Origin: Candidatus Saccharimonadales bacterium
GTDB taxonomy: Bacteria > Patescibacteriota > Saccharimonadia > Saccharimonadales > UBA4665
DNA length: 64,000 nucleotides
Assembly (NCBI GenBank): GCA_035478835.1
Contig: DATIJH010000005.1
Span: 5,593 to 69,592 of the forward strand
Reading direction: 5' to 3'
A program made the position numbers and the translations under genes. Positions 45,340 through 54,675 of the stretch are shown one piece after another (the stretch's first letter is position 1; each line of letters starts with the position of its first letter). The notes below the pieces were generated by a model. That model did no database searches, had not been told where the DNA came from, and worked only from the letters and a program-made list of their open reading frames with translations.

Positions 45340-45729
45340 ATGTTTTTCGATGAAGGTTTAATTGCCTCCTACGAGGTTGGTACTGCGGCCGCCTGCCCTG
45401 CGCCCGTTCCGCACTTTGAGGCAGCGGCGTACGAGCATGATCCCAACAGGGACGCAGCCATAGCAGCAGCCGAAGACGCCGTGCTCACCACCTTCGAGAG
45501 ACTCGCCGAATTCAGTCCGGACATTGCGCAAGCGCTGCGCTGGATTAGACTTGGCGATGACGAGCGTGTTGCAGAGCTTGGTGGCGGCGCTCTTTTTGGC
45601 GCTCTCGCTGATCCAGATGCCGTGCTCGAATTCGGCCCCGGATTATCCAACGTTCGCGTCCTCCGTGATGCGCTCCACCAAGCCGCACAACTTGCCGCCC
45701 AGGATTACGACAAACGATTCCGGCTATAG
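45340..45729 (+). CDS. hypothetical acidic protein (129 aa), divergent from the Fic gene
   Basis: ORF with Ala/Asp/Glu-rich composition. No SD is present. TTGAAA-17 nt-TAAATA ends about 8 nt before the ATG. It is followed by a terminator. Confidence 0.45.
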   Translation: MFFDEGLIASYEVGTAAACPAPVPHFEAAAYEHDPNRDAAIAAAEDAVLTTFERLAEFSPDIAQALRWIRLGDDERVAELGGGALFGALADPDAVLEFGPGLSNVRVLRDALHQAAQLAAQDYDKRFRL

Positions 45730-45730
45730 C

Positions 45731-45760
45731 CAAAACAGTCCCGCGAAGGACTGTTTTTTG
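45731..45760. terminator. bidirectional intrinsic terminator between convergent genes
   Basis: AAAACAGTCC-CGCGAA-GGACTGTTTTTT. Confidence 0.8.
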
Positions 45761-45786
45761 GTTTGGCCCGTACCTGCCACACAAGC

Positions 45787-46380
45787 TCAGTTGAATTTTG
45801 AAATCCGGTGGCGCATCAGCAGCGGCACAGCAGTGTATGGATTGGCCACGCTCTGCATGGGCATCGGGCCTTGCGGCGTCGTTGGCGTCGGCAGGTAACC
45901 GAAGTTGCGGCCCAGTTGCCGCGCTGCGGCTCGGCCGGCGGAACCCTCGGCGTCGATCGGCGTTGGCTCAAACTGCTGGAACATGTATTGCTGGCGCAGT
46001 TCCATGATGCGGCGCTGCGTATAGTTGAGCAGCTCGCGCAAAACCGCGTGATTCCAGCCGATGAACACTAGCGTACGGTTCGGCGTTGTGATGTGGATCG
46101 AAGCATTCAGTAAGCGGTGGCGATAATCCACCTCTGTTACCATGTCGAATCGGACATCTTCAAGCGTTAGGTACAGGGGTTTGCGGTCAATTAACAGGAC
46201 GCGGCGGTCGGTTACGCAGAGCAGCGCAAGTCCGCCCTCGTATTGGCCGTTGGCGCAGTGCTGAATGCGCTCTTCAGGCATTAGGATCTTACTCAGCTCG
46301 CGGCGCTCCGCCCGCCACCAGAATCGGAATGCATATCCGATCTGCTTGAGTTGCCGATCCACCTCATTGCGAGTCACCAT
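45787..46380 (-). CDS. bacterial PH-domain (YokE-like) protein
   Basis: GLALLCVTDRRVLLIDRKPLYLTLEDVRFDMVTEVDYRHRLLNASIHITTPNRTLVF follows the bPH beta-sandwich pattern. Confidence 0.55.
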   Translation of the reverse strand: MVTRNEVDRQLKQIGYAFRFWWRAERRELSKILMPEERIQHCANGQYEGGLALLCVTDRRVLLIDRKPLYLTLEDVRFDMVTEVDYRHRLLNASIHITTPNRTLVFIGWNHAVLRELLNYTQRRIMELRQQYMFQQFEPTPIDAEGSAGRAAARQLGRNFGYLPTPTTPQGPMPMQSVANPYTAVPLLMRHRISKFN

Positions 46381-46550
46381 AGCTCCCTCCTTCTCTTAGC
46401 ACCTCATTAGCTAAGTACTTTTATAATAGGCGTTTTATCCTGCCGGTACCGTTAGCTTAGTCACTCAGCGACCGCGATATTTATCACGCCTATACACCGG
46501 TGGTGCGTAAAAGCTTGGAAAGCATATAAGATGGTGAGATAATACTCCCT

Positions 46551-47204
46551 ATGGAAACGGGTAAGGAACCGCTTTCGGTGCTCGTCAGCCTCTTCCATAG
46601 CGGAACGCAGCTGACATACAACAAAGGTGAGTTTTTGATTCGTCCCGGTGGTAGCCCTCCGGGCATTTTTTATATAGAAAGCGGGCTGGTGAAAGCGTAC
46701 GACATCACTAAGTACGGCGAAGAAAACCTGCTGATCATCCGCAAACCCGGTGAAATCCTAGGTCTTACCTGGGCAATTACAGGGCTCGACCGCGGCATTG
46801 TGTACTCTGCGCTCACACCAACAACGGTGTGGCAGATCAACCGCGAAGATTTCGTAAATCTCATGCACACCAAGCCGGAAATTGCTTTGCCGCTTGTACA
46901 CATGCTGGTCGAAATGTACCGTTTGCACTCCGAACGCATCTTAAATCTGGAGTACCGCAGCGTGCGCGAACGGCTTGTCTCGTTCTTGCTGACTACGTCG
47001 AAACGATTTGGCAAGGCGTTGCCGGATGGTGCAGTCGTGATCGACGTGCCCTTGCGCCATCAGGATATTGCCAGCTCAATAAGCGCCACACGCGAAACAA
47101 CCGGCCGCGAGCTGGCCGCTTTGGAGCGCAAAGGTTTGCTTAAGACTGAGCAGTCGATTGTAACGCTGCTCGATATCGACGGCCTGCGCCAGCATCTTGA
47201 GTAA
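46551..47204 (+). CDS. Crp/Fnr-family transcriptional regulator
   Basis: It has a cNMP-binding beta-barrel (FLIRPGGSPPGIFYIESGLVKAY...GEENLLIIRKPGEILG) and a C-terminal HTH (LRHQDIASSISATRETTGRELAALERKGLL). Confidence 0.8.
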   Translation: METGKEPLSVLVSLFHSGTQLTYNKGEFLIRPGGSPPGIFYIESGLVKAYDITKYGEENLLIIRKPGEILGLTWAITGLDRGIVYSALTPTTVWQINREDFVNLMHTKPEIALPLVHMLVEMYRLHSERILNLEYRSVRERLVSFLLTTSKRFGKALPDGAVVIDVPLRHQDIASSISATRETTGRELAALERKGLLKTEQSIVTLLDIDGLRQHLE

Positions 47205-47214
47205 CTTTGGCGCC

Positions 47215-47871
47215 TTATTGCCAGTGGTTTACAATCTGCTCGATCGTTTTGATTACCAAATCGTGATCTGGTACGTCCTGGGTTTCATAATAATGTTCGG
47301 TCGAAATATAGTCTTCGACCACACTCAAACAGAAAATCTCGTCTGCGGCAATGTGCATGCGGTCAACCGCCGGCACGCTGGCCAGCGGCGTGGCCACAAT
47401 AAGACGCTCAATCTCGATCGGTTTTAAAAACTCGGCGGCGATGTCGAGCGTAAACCCATTGCGTAAACCGTCGGTCACCAAAATTACCACATGGTTGCGC
47501 AACAGATCCTTGCGCAGCAAGCCGCCGCGGCCAATCAGACGGTGCATCTGCTGCAGCTTGTCGAGCTTTTCTTGTTCGATTACCCCGTGATATTCGCTCA
47601 CCAGGTCCTCAAGTTCGTACTCCGAAAACTCTTTATTGTACGAGAACGAGCCGTCCTGGCTAATGCCGCCGACCGGGGTGTCCTCGCGTGGCAAATTAAC
47701 GCTCTCGGTCAGCAAAAGCATGAGCACGGCGTGCAGCTGTATGGCAATTTGCGCTCCAACCATGACTCCGCCATCATTCAGCGCCACCACGGCGCATTGC
47801 TTACCCTGGTACCGTTTGGCGATTTGCTCTGCAAGAATCTGGCCAGCTTCGACACGGCTTTTAAAATACAT
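47215..47871 (-). CDS. phosphoribosyltransferase-fold protein
   Basis: MYFKSRVEAGQILAEQIAKRY...CAVVALNDGGVMVGAQIA and a PRPP-loop-like HVVILVTDGLRNGFT. The likely start is the internal ATG at 47871. Confidence 0.6.
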   Translation of the reverse strand: MYFKSRVEAGQILAEQIAKRYQGKQCAVVALNDGGVMVGAQIAIQLHAVLMLLLTESVNLPREDTPVGGISQDGSFSYNKEFSEYELEDLVSEYHGVIEQEKLDKLQQMHRLIGRGGLLRKDLLRNHVVILVTDGLRNGFTLDIAAEFLKPIEIERLIVATPLASVPAVDRMHIAADEIFCLSVVEDYISTEHYYETQDVPDHDLVIKTIEQIVNHWQ

Positions 47872-47903
47872 GTTCAAAGTGTAGCATCTGCTTGCGCAGG
47901 CGC

Positions 47904-48632
47904 TCAACCTTTTAGCACTTTTTGCAACAAATAAAAGCGTTCGCGGTTGCCTTTTGTGCCGGCAACTTCACTATCGGCCTTGTCGCACACAATGTAATAC
48001 TTTTTTACCCAAGCTTCGAAATCTTTGAGAATAGCGCGACGCATTGCATCGTTTTTTATGACGCCTTTGTGTTTTGCATCGGCGCCAGCCTCGAATTGCG
48101 GCTTTAGCATGGCGGCAATTTTTGTGTGCGGACCGGCCAGCTTGGTGAGGTGCGGCAAGATTTCGCGTAAACTTATAAAACTCACGTCGATCACAATAAT
48201 GTCCGGCATCTCAGACAGGGCGTCGAGGCTTCGAATATCAGTTTGCTCGTGCAATTCAATCTTGGGATTGCCCTGCAAGGTCGGGTGCAACTGATCGGTT
48301 CCGACATCCACTGCGATTACCTTGCGGGCGCCATGCTGCAACGCATAATCCGTAAATCCGCCGGTGGAGCTCCCTACATCAAGCACCACCGTATCTTTAA
48401 AATTAAGCTTGAGCAGCTGCGCTACCGAAGCCAGCTTGAGCCCCGCCCGCGATACATACTGCTCGCTTGCCTGCAGTACAACTTCTGCGGTTTCGTCTGC
48501 AAAATAGCCCGGTTTGGTCACGGCCTCGCCGCGCACCAGCACCTTGCCCATACGTATCCAGCTCTCGGCCTGGCTGCGCGTAGCCACTAACCCGCGCGCT
48601 ACCAACAATTGGTCGAGCCGCTGTTTGGCCAT
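47904..48632 (-). CDS. tlyA: TlyA-family rRNA 2'-O-methyltransferase
   Basis: It has an S4 domain (RLDQLLVARGLVATRSQAESWIRMGKVLV) and the FtsJ motif VLDVGSSTGGFTDYAL. Confidence 0.88.
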   Translation of the reverse strand: MAKQRLDQLLVARGLVATRSQAESWIRMGKVLVRGEAVTKPGYFADETAEVVLQASEQYVSRAGLKLASVAQLLKLNFKDTVVLDVGSSTGGFTDYALQHGARKVIAVDVGTDQLHPTLQGNPKIELHEQTDIRSLDALSEMPDIIVIDVSFISLREILPHLTKLAGPHTKIAAMLKPQFEAGADAKHKGVIKNDAMRRAILKDFEAWVKKYYIVCDKADSEVAGTKGNRERFYLLQKVLKG

Positions 48633-48641
48633 CGCCTTAGA

Positions 48642-49208
48642 CTACTCCTTCACGCGTTCGCGGTACGCGCCAGTTGCAGTGTCTACCGAAATCACATCGC
48701 CCTGCTTAATAAAAGCTGGCACTTTGATGGTGATACCTGTTTCGAGCGTCGCGTCTTTTTGCACACTGCTGGTCGTGTCGCCCTTGACCACATTTTCAGC
48801 ATAAGTTACGAGCAGCGGTACGTTTTTGGGAAGTTCCACGCTAATGGCGCGGCCGTCAAAAAACTGCAGCTGCACGCGGTCGCCTTCTTTTAAGTAGCCC
48901 GCGCCGTCGCCAACCAAGTCGGCCGGCACTTCGAACTGCTCAAACGTGTCCTCGTTCATAAAGTAGAACGTTGTGCCGTCGTTGTACAAGTACTGCGCGT
49001 TCTGGTTGTTCACGTCTGCATACGCAAGTTGTTCGTTGCCTTTAAAGGTTTTTTCGAGCACTTTACCATCGAGCAAACTTTTAATGCGCACGTTCACGAT
49101 TGAACCGCCTCGGCCCATAACTTTTTGGTTGTAATCAACCACGCGATACGGCACGCCTTCCAGCTGGAACAGTGTGCCCTTTTTGAGATCTGTAATGCTT
49201 AATGCCAT
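48642..49208 (-). CDS. efp: elongation factor P
   Basis: 188 aa. It has DLKKGTLFQLEGVPYRVVDYNQ...RGGSIVNVRIKSLLDG and ETGITIKVPAFI. Confidence 0.93.
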   Translation of the reverse strand: MALSITDLKKGTLFQLEGVPYRVVDYNQKVMGRGGSIVNVRIKSLLDGKVLEKTFKGNEQLAYADVNNQNAQYLYNDGTTFYFMNEDTFEQFEVPADLVGDGAGYLKEGDRVQLQFFDGRAISVELPKNVPLLVTYAENVVKGDTTSSVQKDATLETGITIKVPAFIKQGDVISVDTATGAYRERVKE

Positions 49209-49218
49209 TGCCTACTCC

Positions 49219-49524
49219 TTATGCTAGTAGTGAAATTATCTGCTGGATGGTTGCCGAGATTTGTGCAACGTCGGCGGGGCCAAAAATGCCGTGCTGGCTG
49301 GCCGCCAAAATATTTTTGTTCAGGCCCTCGAGGCGCGTTTTGGCCTCATGCGCCATGTTGAGCTGCTCGGCGCGCGTCTGGGCATATTCGTAATCACGGA
49401 TGTCGAGGCGCGCGTCGATAACTTGCTGCCGGATTGGCAGCACCACCTTTTGGGCGGCCGCCGGCAAACTGTGCACGTCAATCGGTGAAAACACCGCATT
49501 GAGCTGCCCGCTCAGGGCCTGCAT
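49219..49524 (-). CDS. hypothetical protein (~101 aa)
   Basis: ORF between rpsR and efp. The track start at 49617 would overlap rpsR, so the internal ATG at 49524 (MQALSGQL) is more plausible. No motif recognised. Confidence 0.4.
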   Translation of the reverse strand: MQALSGQLNAVFSPIDVHSLPAAAQKVVLPIRQQVIDARLDIRDYEYAQTRAEQLNMAHEAKTRLEGLNKNILAASQHGIFGPADVAQISATIQQIISLLA

Positions 49525-49561
49525 CAGTTTGAATGGCGACCGCTCCACCTTTTTAGCGCCC

Positions 49562-49765
49562 CTAGTTGTTAGCCACGAACGGCAGCAAAGCAATGTGGCG
49601 GGCACGCTTAATTGCAACGGCTAAACGACGCTGCTGCGCTTCGGTCAAGCCGGTCTTTTTGCGTGTTTCGATTTGCCCGTAGACGTTTACGTAACGCTGC
49701 AGGGTTTTAAAATCTTTGTAGTCAAAGAATGCTACATCTGTTTTGTGCTTAAAAATTTTAGCCAT
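49562..49765 (-). CDS. rpsR: 30S ribosomal protein S18
   Basis: [51 protein letters not shown]. Confidence 0.93.
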   Translation of the reverse strand: MAKIFKHKTDVAFFDYKDFKTLQRYVNVYGQIETRKKTGLTEAQQRRLAVAIKRARHIALLPFVANN

Positions 49766-49788
49766 AGTTAGCTCCTAGTTGAATTTCG

Positions 49789-50265
49789 TTAAAACGGAAT
49801 GTCGTCGAGGTTGATCGGGTCGTCGCCGATATCTTCGATTACCACGTCCTTATTTGCCGGCTTGCTGGGCTTTGGCGCACTATTTGCGCTTGCACCGCCA
49901 CCGCCATTGCCGCCATGGCTTTCGCCGCCTTCACCGCGGCTGTCGAGGAATGTCACGTCGCTCGCGAGTACCTCTACTTTGCTGCGCTTTTGACCTTCTT
50001 GTTCCCAGCTGCGGCTTTGCAGACGCCCCTGGACCAAGGCGCGGCGGCCTTTGCTCAAGTATTGCGCGACGCGCTCACCAAGCGGACCCCAAGCAACGAC
50101 GTCGATGTAGTCGGTCGCTTCTTGCCATTCGCCGCTCTGATCTTTGTAGCTGCGGTTCAGCGCAAGGCTAAAGCTGCAAACTTGCTGGCCACTCGGCGTT
50201 TGGCGAAGTTCTGGGTCACGCGTCAGGTTACCCATCAAAATTACTTGGTTTAGACTTCTTGCCAT
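49789..50265 (-). CDS. ssb: single-stranded DNA-binding protein
   Basis: It has an OB fold (NQVILMGNLTRDPELRQTPSGQQVCSFSLA), a Gly-rich linker and the acidic tip DDIPF. Confidence 0.93.
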   Translation of the reverse strand: MARSLNQVILMGNLTRDPELRQTPSGQQVCSFSLALNRSYKDQSGEWQEATDYIDVVAWGPLGERVAQYLSKGRRALVQGRLQSRSWEQEGQKRSKVEVLASDVTFLDSRGEGGESHGGNGGGGASANSAPKPSKPANKDVVIEDIGDDPINLDDIPF

Positions 50266-50309
50266 GGTTTGGCTCCCCTCACTTATACCCTAATTGTACT
50301 CTAGTCTGC

Positions 50310-50696
50310 TTACGCGTCTTTGCTGTCGGATTCTTCGGCCTCGGCGGTTTCACCGCGCTCAGCTGCTTTTTTGGCTTTTTCGGCCTTGGCAGCTTCGGCT
50401 TTGGCGATAGCTTTAAGGTCTGGGCGCGTGATCAAAAAGCGCAGAACTTCGTCGGTAATGTTGAGCGTACTTTCGACTTTGCGGACAGCCTCGCCTGGCA
50501 TTTCTACGGTGTAGAACACGTACACAGCGTGCTCGTTCTTTTTGATTGGATAGGCGAGCTTGCGCTTGCCCCAGTTGTCTTCGGCAACGATTTTACCACC
50601 GTTGTCGGCGATGATTTTTTGCACGCGGCTGGTAGCCTTTTCCAGATCAATTTCGAGGTCTGGGTGATACAATACGGCAATTTCGTATTGGTGCAT
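50310..50696 (-). CDS. rpsF: 30S ribosomal protein S6
   Basis: MHQYEIAVLYHPDLE...WGKRKLAYPIKKNEHAVYVFY followed by a Lys/Ala/Glu-rich tail. The start is taken at the internal ATG at 50696. Confidence 0.9.
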   Translation of the reverse strand: MHQYEIAVLYHPDLEIDLEKATSRVQKIIADNGGKIVAEDNWGKRKLAYPIKKNEHAVYVFYTVEMPGEAVRKVESTLNITDEVLRFLITRPDLKAIAKAEAAKAEKAKKAAERGETAEAEESDSKDA

Positions 50697-50765
50697 ACAT
50701 ACTCCTTTGGTTAATGCCCACACGTCTCACTGTGAGCTGAGTTAATAACAGATGTAATTATACTA

Positions 50766-50800
50766 CAAAACACCTCGCCCGGCAAGGAGCGAGGTGTTTT
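50766..50800 (-). terminator. intrinsic terminator after the 382-aa gene
   Basis: AAAACACCTCGC-loop-GCGAGGTGTTTT, a 12-bp stem. A TATAAT for the rpsF operon follows on the minus strand. Confidence 0.75.
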
Positions 50801-50814
50801 GATAGCTGAGGCCA

Positions 50815-51963
50815 CTAGCGATTGAGATTGCCGCCGTGCGTACGGGCGCTGCGCGATCCGCTTTTGCCCGAATAGCTATACGGGCGCGGCTGCTTGTGGC
50901 TGCCCGCAAAGGCTGCCGGCACTTGCTGCGGACCAGCGATTCCTTTTGCTGCCGTCGCGGCTGGGCCGTAATTACTAGGGCTCACAACCGTACTCGGCGG
51001 GAGGACAGCATCGGGCGTGTTAATAAAAGGGGTGTTCTCTGCAGTGAATGCCGGCTGATCTACACCGTGGTGAGGCTGGGATGGCTCAGCTTGAGGGGCC
51101 GGGTTCGAATTCACCTGGGGAGTATTATCCTGCGTGTCGTGCGTACCCGGTACAGGAACAGTAGGAGTGTCATGGCCAGTTGGCGTAGGTTTACCTGAGT
51201 CGCCAGGGCGCTCGACACCTGTAATTGGCAACTCGCGCGTGGCAGTTATTTCGGCAACGACGTGGCGATCACTCACCAACGGAGCCAAAGTATTTTGCAC
51301 GTCCATGGGCAGGCTAGCAGGATCGGTGTTAAACTTTTGCATAAGATCATCCGGAGTCATGTGCAATTGATGTGCCAGTTCGACTTCTTTTGCGGCCAGG
51401 TCGCCGCGGCCGACTTCTACACCTGGTTTGTACGTGACAGGCACGTTTTCGCCAGTTATGTTGTCGATAATCTGCTCATCTTCTGCGCCAACGGCATGGG
51501 CACGGGTATTGGCGAGCTCGACGTTTTCCGCATCAGCGACGCCAAGGCCGGCCGTAGGGGCGTCAACTGCTTTGTCCTGCGCCTCGTCCGAGGCAAAACC
51601 CTCGAAGCTAACGCTGTCGATCTTCTTGCCTTCGCTCGCCAGTTTGTCGACGCCAAATGTGAAAACTTGGCGTTGCGCGTCAGTTTGTTTTTCGCTTGCT
51701 TCTGGACTTTGGCTAAAATGTGACGCCCACGGACGGGTGTCGGTGACATCCATGACCGTGGTTTCTACACCGTTATTAACAGAGGTGCGCTCGGTAACGT
51801 CCGGGCCGCCAAGTACGCTTTGCGGCAAGTTGAGCGTTCTTGCCTGCTGCTGTGCTACTTCGGCTTGCGCGGGTTGCTCACGTGGCGCCGCCTGGGCTTC
51901 GTGGCCGCCCATTAATGCAGCCGCTGTGACAGCGGCTGCGGCGGTTTCGTGTATTCGATTCAT
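50815..51963 (-). CDS. exported protein with possible OmpA/MotB-like peptidoglycan-binding segment and Pro-rich C-terminal region
   Basis: Signal-like N-terminus MNRIHETAAAAVTAAALMGGHEAQA. SVSFEGFASDE...NVELANTRAHAV loosely follows the OmpA-C pattern (xGxTD...N..LS..RA.AV). The C-terminal half is P/T-rich. Confidence 0.4.
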   Translation of the reverse strand: MNRIHETAAAAVTAAALMGGHEAQAAPREQPAQAEVAQQQARTLNLPQSVLGGPDVTERTSVNNGVETTVMDVTDTRPWASHFSQSPEASEKQTDAQRQVFTFGVDKLASEGKKIDSVSFEGFASDEAQDKAVDAPTAGLGVADAENVELANTRAHAVGAEDEQIIDNITGENVPVTYKPGVEVGRGDLAAKEVELAHQLHMTPDDLMQKFNTDPASLPMDVQNTLAPLVSDRHVVAEITATRELPITGVERPGDSGKPTPTGHDTPTVPVPGTHDTQDNTPQVNSNPAPQAEPSQPHHGVDQPAFTAENTPFINTPDAVLPPSTVVSPSNYGPAATAAKGIAGPQQVPAAFAGSHKQPRPYSYSGKSGSRSARTHGGNLNR

Positions 51964-52057
51964 ATTTTTGATCCTTTTTGTGTTATTTGGTGCTTTATAT
52001 ATACTTTAGCACTTATATACATAAAAGTCAATTATATGATCTTGTGAGAGACGCCCT

Positions 52058-52381
52058 CTAGGCGTGGTGGACGGCGCCAGCACGCACTCCGTCCATGTAA
52101 GCCGCAACATCGGGGGCTAACATGGCCGTCTGTTCTGTAGCGCGGGCGGCGACTTCAAGTACTACGGGCGCCGATTCGGGCTCTTGGGTCGTGTCTGCTT
52201 TTTCTGCTGCAAGTATGGCGGCGCTGGCCGGATTTGGCTTCCAAGCAATGTCGGCGAAGTAGCCTTCATTGTCGTCTGGCGGCAATTTATCGGTCTGGCC
52301 ATCGTAACGGGTCTCGCCTTTCGGAACGTGCCGATGATCAAATTTGGGAGGCGTCCAGGCCTCGGAATGGAATCGTGTCAT
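52058..52381 (-). CDS. hypothetical protein (107 aa)
   Basis: ORF co-directional with its neighbours. No motif recognised. Confidence 0.4.
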   Translation of the reverse strand: MTRFHSEAWTPPKFDHRHVPKGETRYDGQTDKLPPDDNEGYFADIAWKPNPASAAILAAEKADTTQEPESAPVVLEVAARATEQTAMLAPDVAAYMDGVRAGAVHHA

Positions 52382-52482
52382 AGTTTCCTTCTATATTTCA
52401 ATAACAAAATTAAATGATACACCTAATGTGTGTAGGCTTCAAGCAATATAGTAACTCCTTGGAACAATACAAAAATTACAAA

Positions 52483-54675
52483 CTAAAGGACTTCTGGCTC
52501 TTCGGCCGCCTCGGCAGAAGAGCTGGCAAAAACATCATCAAGGCTACTGACCAGCACTTCGCGCGGACGGGCACCATCGGCGGGGCCAACAATGCCCTGC
52601 TCTTCCATGGTTTCGATCAGGCGCGCGGCGCGGCCATAGCCAATACGTAAACGGCGCTGGAGCAAGCTGGTGCTCGCTTTGCCACCTTCAACAACGACGC
52701 GTACGGCGTCTTTCCACATGTCATCATCGGCTTCGTTAGCGCCGTAATCAGCCACAACACCGCCTTTGCCGTTGAGCTGGACCGGCTGGCTGATGATTTC
52801 GTCGTCGTATTGCGGCGGGCGCTGCATACGGATAAAGTCGGTAATTTTGGCGGTTTCGTCGTCGTCTATAAATGCCGCTTGGACGCGCTTGGGCTTGGGC
52901 ATGTCGCTGGTGAGCAAGAGCATGTCACCGCGGCCAAGCAACTTTTCGGCGCCCATTTGATCAATAATGGTGCGTGAGTCAACCTGGCTGGCCACCGTAA
53001 ATGCAATACGCGCTGGCACGTTAGCCTTAATAAGGCCGGTAATGACGTCTACCGACGGGCGCTGCGTAGCAAGCACCAGGTGGATACCGGCAGCGCGCGC
53101 CTTTTGTGCCAGGCGCACGATCAGCGCCTCGACGTCGCGCGCAGCCATCATCATAAGGTCGGCGAGCTCGTCGATCACGATCACGATGTACGGCATGCCC
53201 TCTTCTTTTTTGAGGTTGTTGTACTCAGCGATGTTGCGCTTGCCCGCTTCGGCCATAGTGCGCAAGCGGCGCTCCATTTCGGCCACGGCCCATTTAAGCG
53301 CGCTAATACATTTTTCCGGCTCATTAATAACTGGGGTAAGAAGGTGTGGAATGTCGTTGTACGGGGTGAGCTCAACTTGCTTTGGATCAACCAAAATCAG
53401 CTTGAGGTCGGCTGGTGAGTTGCGGTACAAAAGGCTGGTTAAGATGTCGTTAATCATCACTGACTTACCAGAACCGGTTTGACCGGCCACCAAAAGGTGC
53501 GGCATCTTGGCAAGGTCGGCAACCACCGAATTACCGGCAATGTCTTTACCGATCGCAAACCCAAGCGGGCTGCTGATTTCGCCCCATTCGCGCGAACGCA
53601 CGAGCGAACTCAGGCGCACGACGGCCGGTTTGAGGTTCGGCACTTCGATGCCTACGGCGCGCTTACCCGGAATTGGCGCTTCAATGCGGATGGAATGCGC
53701 GGCTAGGTCGAGCGCCAGATTATTTTCGAGTGCGGTAATTTTGGTGAGTTTTACACCGGTTGGCGGCTTGAGCGTATACTGCGTAACGCGCGGGCCGACG
53801 TTCGCGCCCTCCATCTCCACATCAATATTAAAGTTGGCAAAGGTGTCGTGAATAACCTGCGCGCTGCTTTTAACATCGCCCGGGTCGGCCTTGTCCTGCT
53901 TTTGGTTGAGCAAATTGATGCTTGGAAATTGCCAGTTGGGATCGCTGGCGGTGGTGAGCGCCTCGTGACTTTCGCTGCTGGCGAGCTTTTGTGCCGTGTT
54001 TTTCAGGCTCTTGAGGCGCGGCTTGTCGCGCTTTTCCTGCTCATCGTTATGCTCAACCGGCACGCCTTCGTTCAATTTAAAACCGTTTGATTCTGCGCGA
54101 TGCCTGAGCTGGCTGAGCTCGCCGTCTTCGTCATCGTTTTCGGATCTCTTAAATAAATGCCCAATGTTGAGCAAAACTTTTGGCGAAATACTAAACGAGA
54201 AGAATGTGGCAAGCACGGCGAACACAAACAATAACAGCGACGCCGGAAACTTATCGAGCGCGCCAAGTACCGCGCCCCCTATGAGGTGACCGACTTGTCC
54301 GCCGTGGCCGCCCGTAATTGTGCCGTCGACGGCTTTATCTGAGAACGCCGTCATTAGCCAAGAAGACGCGAACACCAGGAGCGCGATCATGCTTGCCAAA
54401 TTAGCAAACGGGATGCGCCGGTCTTCGCTCTTAAACTTGTACACGCCCCAGTAGGCCAGCGCGATTGGCAGCAAATATGCCGCCCAGCCGAACGTCCAGT
54501 AGCCGCCGTGGAACATGCCTTTGGGCAGCGCGCCGCCCGTGCCAAAGCCGCCAAGCAGCAAAAAGACAGCAAGAATAAGGAGCAGGATTGCTCCGGCGAG
54601 CGGCCAAAAGGCCGATTCTTCGGGTTCGGCTACCGCTACCCTCTTCGCGCGTGTTTGTTTTTTCTTCTGTGCCAT
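52483..54675 (-). CDS. ftsK: DNA translocase FtsK
   Basis: 730 aa. It has 4-5 N-terminal TM helices, the motor domain HLLVAGQTGSGKSVMIND and IVIDELADLMM, and the C-terminal gamma wHTH LLQRRLRIGYGRAARLIETMEEQGIVG. Confidence 0.93.
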   Translation of the reverse strand: MAQKKKQTRAKRVAVAEPEESAFWPLAGAILLLILAVFLLLGGFGTGGALPKGMFHGGYWTFGWAAYLLPIALAYWGVYKFKSEDRRIPFANLASMIALLVFASSWLMTAFSDKAVDGTITGGHGGQVGHLIGGAVLGALDKFPASLLLFVFAVLATFFSFSISPKVLLNIGHLFKRSENDDEDGELSQLRHRAESNGFKLNEGVPVEHNDEQEKRDKPRLKSLKNTAQKLASSESHEALTTASDPNWQFPSINLLNQKQDKADPGDVKSSAQVIHDTFANFNIDVEMEGANVGPRVTQYTLKPPTGVKLTKITALENNLALDLAAHSIRIEAPIPGKRAVGIEVPNLKPAVVRLSSLVRSREWGEISSPLGFAIGKDIAGNSVVADLAKMPHLLVAGQTGSGKSVMINDILTSLLYRNSPADLKLILVDPKQVELTPYNDIPHLLTPVINEPEKCISALKWAVAEMERRLRTMAEAGKRNIAEYNNLKKEEGMPYIVIVIDELADLMMMAARDVEALIVRLAQKARAAGIHLVLATQRPSVDVITGLIKANVPARIAFTVASQVDSRTIIDQMGAEKLLGRGDMLLLTSDMPKPKRVQAAFIDDDETAKITDFIRMQRPPQYDDEIISQPVQLNGKGGVVADYGANEADDDMWKDAVRVVVEGGKASTSLLQRRLRIGYGRAARLIETMEEQGIVGPADGARPREVLVSSLDDVFASSSAEAAEEPEVL

